Assembly: GCA_038087875.1 (NCBI GenBank)
Contig: CM075988.1
Span: 2,914,001-2,978,000 of the forward strand
Source of the DNA: Malacoraja senta
Lineage: Eukaryota
Direction of reading: 5' to 3'
Length of the DNA stretch: 64,000 nt
The position numbers and the translations under genes were made by a program. Each line of letters opens with the position of its first letter. The first letter of the stretch is position 1. This document shows, piece after piece, positions 11,901-23,863 of this stretch. The notes under the pieces are model-generated. The model saw nothing but the letters and a program-made list of their open reading frames with translations. It was not told the origin of the DNA and searched no databases.

Positions 11901-14347
11901 ACAGGGGATGTCAGGGTTGTCTTCTTACGGCAGAGGTACCGGATCAGGAAGGCCCCAGATCTAATAAAAGGAGGATCTATGTATGTTAATGGATGGTTTT
12001 TGTTTGTGAAATTAGTAATACTGTGATAATAATAATAATACCTCACACATCGCACTTTCTTTGAAATGGCATAATTTAAAAAGTGGTTAAATGCCTTTGT
12101 TTGCTTTATATGGCGTTTCATGACACATTTTGCAATTCAATGAAGTTCAATGCCTGTGTGTGTTTATTTATCTAATAAATCAAGGCTTTTATATGTGAGA
12201 TGCATTCCATTATTAGACTGGTTTCCATATGAGAGATCAATGCCATGATTAACAAACTGCTTTTTCCACTACACGAAAAGGTTACACTGAAGTTTAATAA
12301 TCAAGTTGTGGGTGAGGTTATTTGCGATAAATACAAAGACCCATGACGTTATAAGAATTAATTTGTTTATTAAGTGCAAACAAACAAATAACATATTGAC
12401 AAAACAAGAAACTAATTTTTAATGTGCAACACAAGTCAACAGAATATTGTTTATTTAGTGCAAGCAAACAAATGACGTAGTGAAAAACAACAGGGAATAA
12501 AACGTTAATGTGCAACACACAAGCAAACAGAATAGTGAATGTTGGAGAGAGCATCACTCTTTACGGCCCATGTACACTGGTTAATCCTCCATTTAATAGT
12601 CAGAGAGATCTGGGCCGGAGTTGCCGCTTGGGTCTGGACCCTCAAATTGCACAGGGAAATCTGTTGCTCCGAGCCTATCCATGCCGCGTGACGCATGATG
12701 TGGCGGTGAGCTGTCTACCCTGACATAGTGTGGGGGGGGGGGGGGCCTGCCATCCATGGGTATGCCATAGGCCGGGATTCCATCCTTGCCTGTGGGCAAA
12801 ACACATAAGTGTATCAATATGTATGGGAGCCAAACAAATCATATAAAACAAATCACAACCTTTCACAAGCTGTGTCAGAGACAATCTTGAGTCAGGCTGA
12901 AAACTCACAAAGGTTTCACAGTGTACCTGGGGAGAATATTGTGGTGGCATCATCCCCGTTTGTTGGTGTGGCATTATTGGCATGGGCCTCATCGGACTCT
13001 GCAACACCAAGGAAATCGTAGTGAATGATTCATAAACAGCATTAAAGTAAAACGTTTATAAATTCAATAAACTTTGATTAAAAGATTTTACTGGGAGAGG
13101 AAGTCTGTGCGCCCTTGCCAAGGCCAAGCCCTCTATGCAGAGGTGGTGCCATTGTGACTCAGGGATCTGTAACATCTCCTCCCTCAGTAGCGTTGAGTGC
13201 GCATAAACGATTCTTTCGTGCGACGTCCTTGGCTGCGACAATACATTTATAATATTTGCAGTGGTCTTAGCCTGTTGCATGATCTGCAACAAGAGAGTAC
13301 AATCCTGGTAAATATTTTTTGGGAGGCGATGGAGAAACGTGGACGTAGGGCGGAGTGAATGAGAAATTTGCTGAAGGTTCACCCGAAAGCACTTACATCT
13401 GTGAACATCTCCTGCTTAAGTGTTTCAACAGGCACATCGCAATCTGCCGCAGTTGTGCAGGCCCGCTTCCACATGGCGTGCTGCTGCTGTTTGACCGCAG
13501 TGCCGGACCCAGAGGGTCCATCTGAGGGTTCCTCTGGGGGTCCCTCTGGCGGATCAGGCTCACCCTCACTCGAGTCAGCGCACGATGATACCCCCACGGT
13601 AAGCTTGAAGAAAGTAAATGTGTATCATAAATGTGCAAGGCCATCAGGACATAGCAAGCAAAGTGACCACCAAGTTATCATTGTCAAATATCATTTTGAC
13701 TGACTTTCCAACAAATTTTAATTGTCGCATAATTTTCTTAACTATTCACCTTCCTGCCACTATCCTTCCTCTGCACTCGTACTATGTGGTTCCGCACGAA
13801 CCCCCATTTCTCCAATATCCACCGGTCTCTGTCAGTCATTGGCCTACTGGCGGAGCCAGACTTGTTAAGACTGCTCGACAGTTTCCCGAACCGTGTCCTC
13901 TGACTCTTGAGCCATTGACACAGTTGTTCATCTGTGAAAACATAGAATAAATGAAGATCAGTGTTGAGCAAATTATAATCTTAATTGGAACTGCAATTAC
14001 AACCACAGAAATATAGACAAACTACAAATTATGTACTTACAAGAGCAGTCAGGGAACTCCTTCGCCTTGTCTTCAAGAATGACGTTGCGGAGATCCTTGC
14101 TCCTGAATTCACGATGGCTCTTATCGTACAGTTCACGGTGGGCCTGATAACATTCCACCAGGTCTCCCTCTTGTTCCCTGGAAAAATTATAATGCCTTGT
14201 GCCCAACCTGTTCTTCGCCGGCGCAGATGGGGCATCAGTCTCCTGAGCCAAATCCGAGTCCCATGCAGGGACAGACGCTGGAGCAGGAGATGGGGCAGAT
14301 GGGGCAGCAGATGGGGCAGCAGATGGGGCAGCAGATGAGGCAGGAGA

Positions 14348-15620
14348 TGTAGAGCCATGCATGTTCCTTTAACATAATGACCTCACCACTACTAACCACT
14401 CCCCATTATCTTCAGTATAATTGTAACCTTCCCACCCCTAGCTCGCTCTCTAGCTCCGGTAACGGACCACGAACAGCTAGGGCAATATGTGTGTATACGA
14501 ATACAATGTATGCAATAAACTAAGAGTGATGACTATGTGTTTGACAAGTCTTTACATGGTGTCAGAAGTGGGATTCGAACCCACGCCTCCAGTTGGAGTT
14601 GCAGCATCATACGCTGCAAACGGGAAGAAGCCACGTGGATCGGTTTGTTCAAGATCGTGACCAGCGGCTGGTGGTCGGTTTCGATAGTGAAAGTGTTACC
14701 CAGAATGTAGTCCCTGAACTTCGAGCAGGCAAACACCACGGCAAGGAGCTCCTTCTCGATCTGAGCGTAGCGTTGCTCGGTAGGGGTCATAGTGCGGGAG
14801 GTGTAGGAGACAGGTAGTTGCAGGCGGTCGTAGATTTGCAGGCAGGCGGCACCGAGACCGAAACTTGAGGCATCGCAGGTAAGGACGATGGGGCGCTTTA
14901 ATTCGAAGAACTTGAGAGTGGGGGTGCGAACCAGCCGGGATTTTAAGTCATCGAAGGCTGCCTGATGCAGCGGGTACCAAACCCAGGCGGTGTCCTTCTT
15001 GGTCAGTTCCCTCAGGGGCGCACTCAGGTCGCTGAGGTCGGGAATGAATTTCCCCAGGTAGTTCACCATGCCCAAGAAGCGCTGCAGGCTGGGCACGTTG
15101 ACGGGAGCTGGCATCCCAGAGACCGCAGCTGTCTTCTGCTGGTCTAGTTTCAGACCCTCAGCCGTAAAAACATGGCCCACGTAGGTGACCTCCGGGACGC
15201 GGAAGCGGCACTTCTTGGGATTCAGTTTGAGGTTGATCTCCCGAGCCCGATCCAGGACTTGGCGGAGGTGGAGGTCGTGCTCAGCGACGTCCCTCCCGTA
15301 CACCAAGATGTCATCGACGATGATAGCACACGGCAGACCTGCAAATAGCTGCTCCATGGTGCGCTGGAAAACCTCGCTGGCAGAATTGATCCCGAAAGGC
15401 ATGCGGAGGAAACGGAACCTGCCGAAAGGTGTACCAAACGTGGTGACTACCACTACTAACCACTCCCCATTATCTTCAGTATAATTGTAACCTTCCCACC
15501 CCTAGCTCGCTCTCTAGCTCCGGTAACGGACCACGAACAGCTAGGGCAATATGTGTGTATACTAATACAATGTATGCAATAAACTAAGAGTGAAGACTAT
15601 GTGTTTGACAAGTCTTTACA
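14348..15620 (+). mobile_element. Rearranged Gypsy element: LTR, extended tRNA-Leu copy, inverted RT/RNase H, 5'-truncated LTR
   Basis: LTR 14348-14556 and partial LTR ~15449-15620. TSD GGAGA is confirmed by the empty site near 19571. The pol peptide is on the minus strand. Confidence 0.92.
14557..14598 (-). other. Reverse-transcribed 3' part of mature tRNA-Leu (extended PBS, includes CCA)
   Basis: Minus strand CTCCAACTGGAGGCGTGGGTTCGAATCCCACTTCTGACACCA shows variable arm, T-arm, acceptor stem and CCA. Confidence 0.88.
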
Positions 15621-16138
15621 GGAGATGGGGCAGGAACTGGGAATGGAACTGGTGAAGGTGCTGAGGCAGAAGATAGGGCAGGAGATGGGACAGGTACTGA
15701 AGCAGGGGCAGGAACAACAGCACGGACAGAAGCAGTGGCTGGACCCTCCAGTAGTTTAATGTTCTCTATAATTACTTTTTTTACTTTTTCCTGCATCGAT
15801 TTTTTCATCCTAGTTCTCCTCATGGTCCTGATATTATGTTTATGTCTCAAGATCTTGCGCGGTTTTAATGTGACCCGGTAAAAGGCGGGCCGACTGCGAA
15901 TGGACGTCGCGCAGCGTCGGGTGATGACGTCATCGCGCAACGCAACGCGCTAGGCCTACTCCGTCGAGACGGTGCGCGGCGTCGAGACACGGGATTTTTG
16001 AACAGTGTCAGTTTTACTGAGGTGTCGGGACCAACTCAATACGGCTCCGGCGATCTACGTGGGACCGACCCCACGCCGACCAGTGATCCCCGCACATTAA
16101 CACTATCCTACATCCACTAGGGACAATTTTTACATTTA

Positions 16139-16333
16139 AGGGCCTGTCCCACTTAGGCGACTCTTTAGGCGACCGCCAGGGACTAGTTTTAATGGAATTC
16201 ACCTACGACACCTGGCGACAACCTACGACAGCAAAAATTATCACCACTGTCGCCGAAAAAAGTTCAACATGTTGAAAATTTTGCGGCGGTTGCCTGTAGT
16301 CGCTCAAAAAATCGCCTAAGTGGGACAGGCCCT
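16139..16333. mobile_element. Harbinger-type MITE
   Basis: TIR AGGGCCTGTCCCACTTAGGCGA, TTA TSD, inserted in a SINE tail. Confidence 0.9.
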
Positions 16334-16675
16334 TTACCAAGACAATTAACCTACAAACACAGAATAAGAGTCACAGACGTTTTGATCCCAGAAGTTTGGG
16401 AAATGTTAATATTTTAGGGTACCTGAGTGTCCTTGTACACAGAGGACAGAAAGCCAACACACAGGGGCACCAGGAGATTACAGAAAGCAGGCGACAGTTA
16501 GCCGATACTGCAAGAGGATTTGATTACAGGGGTAAAGATGTCCATCAGCAGTTATTTGGGGCCTTGTTGACACTGCACCTGGAGCATTGGGTACAGTTTT
16601 GGTTTCCTTGTCTAAAATAGATTGTAATTGTTCCAGATGTGTGAATATTTACCCGGCAGTTGCTGAGATGCTGGG

Positions 16676-16975
16676 TTTAGTTTAGTTTAGTTTCGAGTTA
16701 CAGCGTGGAAACAGGCTCATTGGCCCACTGAGTCTGACTGACCAGCAATCCCTGTACACTCACACTAGGGACAATTTACAATCTTTATTGAAGCCAATTA
16801 ACCTGCAAACCTGCATGTCTTTGGAGTGTGGGAAGAAACCGCAGCACCCGGAGAAAACTCACGTGGTCACGGAGAGAATGTACAAACTCCATAGAGACAG
16901 CCCCTGTAGTCATGATCGAACCCGAGTCTCTAGCGCTGTAAGGCAGAAACTCTACCGCTGGGTCACCATGCCGCG
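16676..16975 (-). mobile_element. tRNA-derived SINE (V-SINE/HE1-like)
   Basis: A/B-box-like head (GGTTCGATC) and (CTAAA)n tail. Confidence 0.7.
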
Positions 16976-17146
16976 TCTTGAAATGTTCTTTTAAATCATA
17001 ATCTGCGTTGCAGTCATATTCATGCTGTTATAGGAGTCTGTTATATGAGAGAAGGTGTATAATTTAGAAAAATGGGAGGTCATCTCATTGATGTGTACAA
17101 AATACTTGGAGGGCTGGAGAGGTTCAATGGGGGAGGATGTTGGCCC

Positions 17147-17219
17147 GTGAACGCTAATGTCGCGCATGCGTGCTGGACGGGTTCTTCACGTAGTCACTCA
17201 CGTGACTCCGAAGTAAAAT
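17147..17219 (-). mobile_element. Isolated terminus of a DIRS element
   Basis: TTCTTCACGTAGTCACTCACGTGACTCCGAAGTAAAAT matches the DIRS end at 55183-55220. Confidence 0.8.
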
Positions 17220-17906
17220 GGATGGTTTTTGTTTGTGAAATTAGTAATACTGTGATAATAATGATAATACCTCACGCATCGCACTTTCTTTGAAATGGCA
17301 TAATTTTAAAAGCGGTTAAATGCCTTTGTCTAATTTATATGACGTTTCATGACACATTTTGCAATTCAATGAAGTTCAATGCCTGTGTGTTTTATTTATC
17401 TAATAAATCGAGGATTTTATATGTGAGATGCATTCCATTATTAGACTGGTTTCCATATGAGAGATCAATGCCATGATTAACAAACTGCTTTTTCCACTAC
17501 ACAAAAAGGTTACACTGAAGTTTAATAATCAAGTTGTGGGTGAGGTTATTTGCGATAAATACAAAGACCCATGACGTTATAAGAATTAATTTGTTTATTT
17601 AGTGCAAACAAACAAATAAATAACATATTGACAAAACAAGAAACTAATTTTTAATGTGCAACACAAGTCAACAGAATATTGTTTATTTAGTGCAAGCAAA
17701 CAAATGACGTAGTGAAAAACAACAGGGAATAAAACGTTAATGTGCAACACACAAGCAAACAGAATAGTGAATGTTGGAGAGAGCATCACTCTTTACGGCC
17801 CATGTACACTGGTTAATCCTCCATTTAATAGTCAGAGAGATCTGGGCCGGAGTTGCCGCTTGGGTCTGGACCCTCAAATTGCACAGGGAAATCTGTTGCT
17901 CCGAGC

Positions 17907-19890
17907 CTATTCATGCCGCGTGACGCATGATGTGGCGGTGAGCTGTCTACCCTGACATCGTGGGGGGGGGCCCTGCCATCCATGGGTATGCCATAGGCCG
18001 GGATTCCATCCTTGCCTGTGGGCAAAACACATAAGCGTATCAATATGTATGGGAGCCAAACAAATCATATAAAACAAATCACAACCTTTCACAAGCTGTG
18101 TGTCAGAGACAATCTTGAGTCAGGCTGAAAACTCACAAAGGTTTCACAGTGTACCTGGGGAGAATATTGTGGTGGCATCATCCCCGTTTGTTGGTGTGGC
18201 ATTATTGGCATGGGCCTCATCGGACTCTGCAACACCAAGGAAATCGTAGTGAATGATTCATAAACAGCATTAAAGTAAAACGTTTATAAATTCAATAAAC
18301 TTTGATTAAAAGATTTTACTGGGAGTGGAAGTCTGTGCGCCCTTGCCAAGGCCAAGCCCTCTATGCAGAGGTGGTGCCATTGTGACTCAGGGATCTGTAA
18401 CATCTCCTCCCTCAGTAGCGTTGAGTACGCATAAACGATTCTTTCGTGCGATGTCCTTGGCTGCGACAATACATTTATAATATTTGCAGTGGTCTTAGCC
18501 TGTTGCATGATCTGCAACAAGAGAGTACAATCCTGGTAAATATTTTTTGGGAGGCGATGGAGAAACGTGGACGTAGGGCGGTGCGAATGAGAAATTTGCT
18601 GAAGGTTCACCCGAAAGCACTTACATCTGTGAACATCTCCTGCTGAAGTGTTTCAACAGGCACATCGCAATCTGCCGCAGTTGTGCAGGCCCGCTTCCAC
18701 ATGGCGTGCTGCTGCTGTTTGACCGCAGTGCCGGACCCCGAGGGTCCATCTGAGGGTTCCTCTGGGGGTCCCTCTGGCGGATCAGGCTCGCCCTCACTCG
18801 AGTCAGCGCACGATGATACCCCCACGGTAAGCTTGAAGAAAGTAAATGTGTATCATAAATGTGCAAGGCCATCAGGACATAGCAAGCAAAGTGACCACCA
18901 AGTTATCATTGTCAAATATCATTTTGACTGACTTTCCAACAAATTTTAATTGTCACATAATTTTCTTAACTATTCACCTTCCTGCCACTATCCTTCCTCT
19001 GCACTCGTACTATGTGGTTCCGCACGAACCCCCATTTCTCCAATATCCACCGGTCTCTGTCAGTCATTGGCCTACTGGCGGAGCCAGACTTGCCAAGACT
19101 GCTCGACAGTTTCCCGAACCGTGTCCTCTGACTCTTGAGCCATTGACACAGTTGTTCATCTGTGAAAACATAGAATAAATGAAGATCAGTGTTGAGCAAA
19201 TTATAATCTTAATTGGAACTGCAATTACAACCACAGAAATATAGACAAACTACAAATTATGTACTTACAAGAGCAGTCAGGGAACTCCTTCGCCTTGTCT
19301 TCAAGAATGACGTTGCGGAGATCCTTGCTCCTGAAATCACGATGGCTCTTATCGTACAGTTCACGCTGGGCCTGATAACATTCCACCAGGTCTCCCTCTT
19401 GTTCCCTGGAAAAATTATAAGGCCTTGTGCCCAACCTGTTCTTCGCCGGCGCAGATGGGGCATCAGTCTCCTGAGCCAAATCCGAGTCCCATGCAGGGAC
19501 AGACGCTGGAGCAGGAGATGGGGCAGATGGGGCAGCAGAAGGGGCAGCAGATGGGGCAGCAGATGAGGCAGGAGATGGGGCAGGAACTGGGAATGGAACT
19601 GGTGAAGGTGCTGAGGCAGAAGATAGGGCAGGAGATGGGACAGGTACTGAAGCAGGGGCAGGAACAACAGCACGGACAGAAGCAGTGGCTGGACCCTCCA
19701 GTAGTTTAATGTTCTCTATAATTACTTTTTTTACTTTTTCCTGCATCGATTTTTTCATCCTAGTTCTCCTCATGGTCCTGATATTATGTTTATGTCTCAA
19801 GATCTCGCGCGGTTTTAATGTGACCCGGTAAAAGGCGGGCCGACTGCGAATGGACGTCGCGCGGCGTCGGGTGATGATGTCATCGCGCAA
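17907..19890 (-). CDS. Harbinger ORF2, spliced Myb/SANT/MADF-like DNA-binding protein, copy 2 (start and later exons tentative)
   Basis: FSREQEGDLVECYQ..ELYDKSH..F | YEQLCQWLKSQRTRFGKL joined in frame by a GT-AG intron (19268-19160). Further GT-AG bounded exons lie downstream. Confidence 0.65.
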
Positions 19891-20678
19891 CGCAACGCGC
19901 TAGGCCTACTCCGTCGAGACGGTGCGCGGCGTCGAGACACGGGATTTTTGAACAGTGTCAGTTTTACTGAGCACCGCGCGGTGTCGGGAACAACTCAATA
20001 CGGCTCCGGCGATCTACGTGGGACCGACCCCGCGACCACATGCGCGGTCCCCGCGCGGCCCCCGCTTCCTGTTAGGTCGCGCTTGCCGCATAGAATCGCC
20101 CGCCCGTGGGACAGGCCCTTAACTCTGTTCCTCTTTTCACAGATGCTGCCTGCTCTGCTGAAGGTTTCCTGCATGTTGTGTGTTCCTGTATATAGATGAG
20201 GATATGGATACTACAGCCATGATCTCCGCTGCTCCTTCCTGTCTGATGCTGATCATTTCAGGGGTTCTACCATGGAAATGTGAGAGCAATAGACAAAATA
20301 GACTTTTAGAACCCTCATACCTGTTTTGTCAAATGTTTGGTCTCTATCTTAACTCCATACATTTGATTCATAGAGTCATACAACACGATCTTGGGCCCAG
20401 CTCGTCCATGCCAACCAAGATGCACCATCCAAGCTAGTCCCATTTCGCCATGTTCAGCCCATATCCCTCTAAACCTTCCCTATCCAATTATCATAGTCAT
20501 ACAGAGTCGTTTGCTTTGGTCTCAATATCTTTGTCGAAAATAATTTAATCTTTGCGTTGAAATTTAAGAAAGGAATTGCAATTTCCCTCCAGCTTTTGTG
20601 TGAAGCAATGTTCCTGACAGCACTGGAACAGTGCAAAATGTTATGGTTATGTCCTGGCCTCTCTGATCTTATGTTCAC

Positions 20679-21080
20679 TTGGAATTTAGAAGGATGAGAG
20701 GAGATCTTGTAGAAACGTATACAATTCTTAAGGGATTGGGCAGGCTAGATGCAGGAAAAATGTTCCCGATGTTGGGGGAGTCCAGAACCAGGGGTTACAG
20801 TTTAAGAATAAGGGGTAGGCTATTAAGGACTGAGATGAGGAAAAACTATTTCACCCAATGAGTTGTGAATCTGTGGAATTCTCTGCCACAGAAGGCAGTG
20901 GAGGCCAATTCACTGGATGAATACAAGAGAGAGTTAGATATAACTATTAGGTCTAGTGGAATCAAGGAGAAAGGAGGATTGAGGTACTGATTTTGGATGA
21001 TCAGCCTTGAACATATTGAATGGCATTGCTGGCTCGAAGGGACGAATGGCCTACTCCTGCATCTATTTTCTATGTTTCTA
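20679..21080 (+). mobile_element. CR1 3' fragment
   Basis: EFRRMRGDLVETY..SRTRGYSL, with a TTTCTATG tail. Confidence 0.85.
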
Positions 21081-21171
21081 GCTCCCTCACAATACATGCC
21101 TATGAAGTGTCTCTATGGTCTGGAGCTCCCGCCCAATGCCACAATACAGAGACCACAGTTGGGGGAGGAGA

Positions 21172-21270
21172 TTCTGAAGAAGGGTCCCCACCTGAAACAT
21201 CACCTATCCATGTTCTCCAGAGATGCTGCCTGTCCCGCTGAGATACTCCAGCATCTTGTGTCTATCTTGG
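21172..21270 (+). repeat. Hammerhead-headed short repeat (degenerate copy)
   Basis: CTGAAGAAGGGTCCCCACCTGAAACATC followed by the shared body. Confidence 0.55.
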
Positions 21271-21641
21271 GAGAGGAGAGGTTTGATATAAATGTTCCTC
21301 AGATTTCACGTTGGTGAATGCTGCATTTCCTACCACCTGTCCAGGTGTTTGCTGGTGACAGGAAACTGAGAGGGAATGTGATGAGGATGAGGATTCAAAG
21401 AGATGTCACAGTCTGTGGACATGTTGAGTGAGTTGGCAATGATTTGGTAGATGGTTTACAACGTGGAAGAGGTGAGGTTATCAACATAGGTGGAGAAGCA
21501 GGAGTGCTGAATATATATATATATTTTATAGTTTAGAGATACAGCGCGGAAACAGGCCCTACGGCCCACCAGGTCCACGCCGACCAGTGACCCCGCACAT
21601 TAACACTATCCTACACCCACTAGGGACAATTTTTACATTTA

Positions 21642-21816
21642 AGGGCCTGTCCCACTTAGGCGACTCTTTAGGCGACCGCCAGGGACTAGTTTTAATGGAA
21701 TTCACCTACGACAGCAATAATTATCGCCACTGTCGCCGAAAAATGTTCAACATGTTGAAAATTTTGCGGCAGTTGCCTGTAGTCGCTCAAAAAATCGCCT
21801 AAGTGGGACAGGCCCA
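21642..21816. mobile_element. Harbinger-type MITE (duplicate of 16139-16333)
   Basis: Same TIRs, TTA TSD and flanks. Confidence 0.9.
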
Positions 21817-22156
21817 TTACCAAGCCAATTAACCTACAAACACAGAATAAGAGTCACAGAAGTTTTGATCCCAGAAGTTTGGGAAATGTTAATATTTTAG
21901 GGTACCTGAGTGTCCTTGTACACAGAGGACAGAAAGCCAACACACAGGGGCACCAGGAGATTACAGAAAGCAGGCGACAGTTAGCCGATACTGCAAAAGG
22001 ATTTGATTACAGGGGTAAAGATGTCCATCAGCAGTTATTTGGGGCCTTGTTGACACTGCACCTGGAGCATTGGGTGCAGTTTTGGTTTCCTTGTCTAAAA
22101 TAGATTGTAATTGTTCCAGATGTGTGAATATTCACCCGGCAGTTGCTGAGATGCTG

Positions 22157-22458
22157 GGTTTAGTTTAGTTTAGTTTAGATTTACAGTGTGGAAACAGGCT
22201 CATTGGCCCACTGAGTCTGACTGACCAGCAATCCCTGTACACTCACACTAGGGACAATTTACAATCTTTATTGAAGCCAATTCACCTACAAACCTGCATG
22301 TCTTTGGAGTGTGGGAAGAAACCGCAGCACCCGGAGAAAACTCACGTGGTCACGGAGAGAATGTACAAACTCCATAGAGACAGCCCCTGTAGTCATGATC
22401 GAACCCGGGTCTCTAGCACTGTAAGGCAGAAACTCTACCGCTGGGTCACCATGCCGCC
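22157..22458 (-). mobile_element. tRNA-derived SINE (duplicate of 16676-16975)
   Basis: Sequence matches the first copy. Confidence 0.7.
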
Positions 22459-22834
22459 TCTTGAAATGTTCTTTTAAATCATAACCTGCTTTGCAGTCAT
22501 ATTCATGCTGTTATAGGAGTCTGTTATATGAGAGAAGGTGTATAGTTTAGAAAAATGGGAGGTCATCTCATTGATGTGTACAAAATACTTGGAGGGCTGG
22601 AGAGGTTCAATGGGGGAGGATGTTGGCCCTGGTAAAGGAGTCAAGAACTAGGGAGCAGAAACAAGGGGCAGGCTGGGAAACACTGAGATGAGGAGAAAAT
22701 TCCTTAACCAGATGGTGGTGACATTTTGGAATTCGCTATCCCGGAATGTACAAGGATACTCAGGTACCCTAAAATATCAACATTTCCCAGTCGTCTGTCA
22801 TTAAAGAATATTCAGCCTTTCATGATGAAAGGAG

Positions 22835-23270
22835 AAGATTTATGAGGATGCTGCAAGGACTCGAGGGCATGAGCTGTAGGGAGAGCTTGAGCAGGCTAGG
22901 ATTCTATTCTTTGGAGCGCAGGAGAGTGAGGGGTGATCTTACAGAGGTTTACAAAATCATGAGAGGAATAGAACAGGAAGACAGACAGAGTCTCTTGCCC
23001 AGAATAGGGTAATCGAGAACCAGAGGACATAGGTTTAGGGTGGGGGGGAAAGATTTAATAGGAACCTGAGAGATAACTTCATCACACAAATGGTGGCAGG
23101 AGTATGGAATGAGCTGCCAGAGGTGGTGGTGATTGGGACAGGTACTAGCTCAACGTTTATGAAATATTTAAAAAGGTACATGGATAGGACAGGTGGAACT
23201 AGCATAGATAGGGCCTGTAGGTCGGTGTGGACGTGGATCAAAGGGCCTATTTCCACGCTGTATGACTGTT
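22835..23270 (+). mobile_element. Old CR1 3' fragment
   Basis: Degenerate LGFYSLERRR..RGDL and WNELP coding. Confidence 0.7.
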
Positions 23271-23579
23271 TTTCCACCTATGATGCTAACCACATGTCTT
23301 CTGCATTTTGCACTATCTGTCATTCATTCTGAACCAAAATCAATAGGATTCCACATACATAGAGGATTAGAACAATATGTGAATGGTGCAGGAAAATGGA
23401 ACCCTGGTGGAAGACTAACCACGATCATTGACTGGCGGGGTAGGCTCGAGGGGCTGAATGGCCCACCCAGCTTCTAATGTTGTGACACCAGCTGCGCAAA
23501 AGACCTGCCTCATTCTATTTGGAAATTCCACTATAAAGCTGAACGAGCTTGTGGATAAACGTTTGGTAAATGAAGCCTG

Positions 23580-23863
23580 TTTTGTTTGGAGATACAGAGT
23601 AGAAACAGGCCCTTCGGCCCACCAAGTCTGCGCTGACCAGTGATCCCGTCACACTTACACTATCCTGCATGCACTTGGGACAATTTGCCATTATACCATG
23701 CCAATTAACCCACAATGTCCTTGGAGGATGGGAGGCAACCGGAGCACCCGGAGAAAACCCATTCAGGTCAAGGGGACAATGTGCAAACTCCGTACAGACA
23801 GCACCCGTAGGATCGAACCCGGGTCTCTGGTGCTGTAAGGCAACAAATATACTGCTATGCCAC
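23580..23863 (-). mobile_element. tRNA-derived SINE
   Basis: GGTTCGATCC B-box-like motif and shared core. Confidence 0.6.

Larger units (their letters stand above)
12675..15940 (-). pseudogene. Harbinger ORF2 (Myb/SANT/MADF-like), copy 1, disrupted by an LTR insertion in exon 1
   Basis: Near-identical to 17907-19890 but split at 14348-15620. Confidence 0.75.
10226..20119 (+). mobile_element. PIF/Harbinger DNA transposon, internally duplicated
   Basis: TIR AGGGCCTGTCCCACGGGCGGGCGATT at both ends, TTA/TAA flanks, transposase on + and a convergent Myb/MADF-like gene on -. Confidence 0.92.
17220..22629 (+). repeat. Second unit of a tandem segmental duplication (first unit ~11990-17146)
   Basis: 11990-16072 matches 17220-20031, and 16071-17146 matches 21575-22629. 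Confidence 0.92.

Noticed and set aside
14557..14598. Genuine tRNA-Leu gene
   Set aside because: Only the 3' ~42 nt is present, it includes CCA, and it is fused to an LTR.
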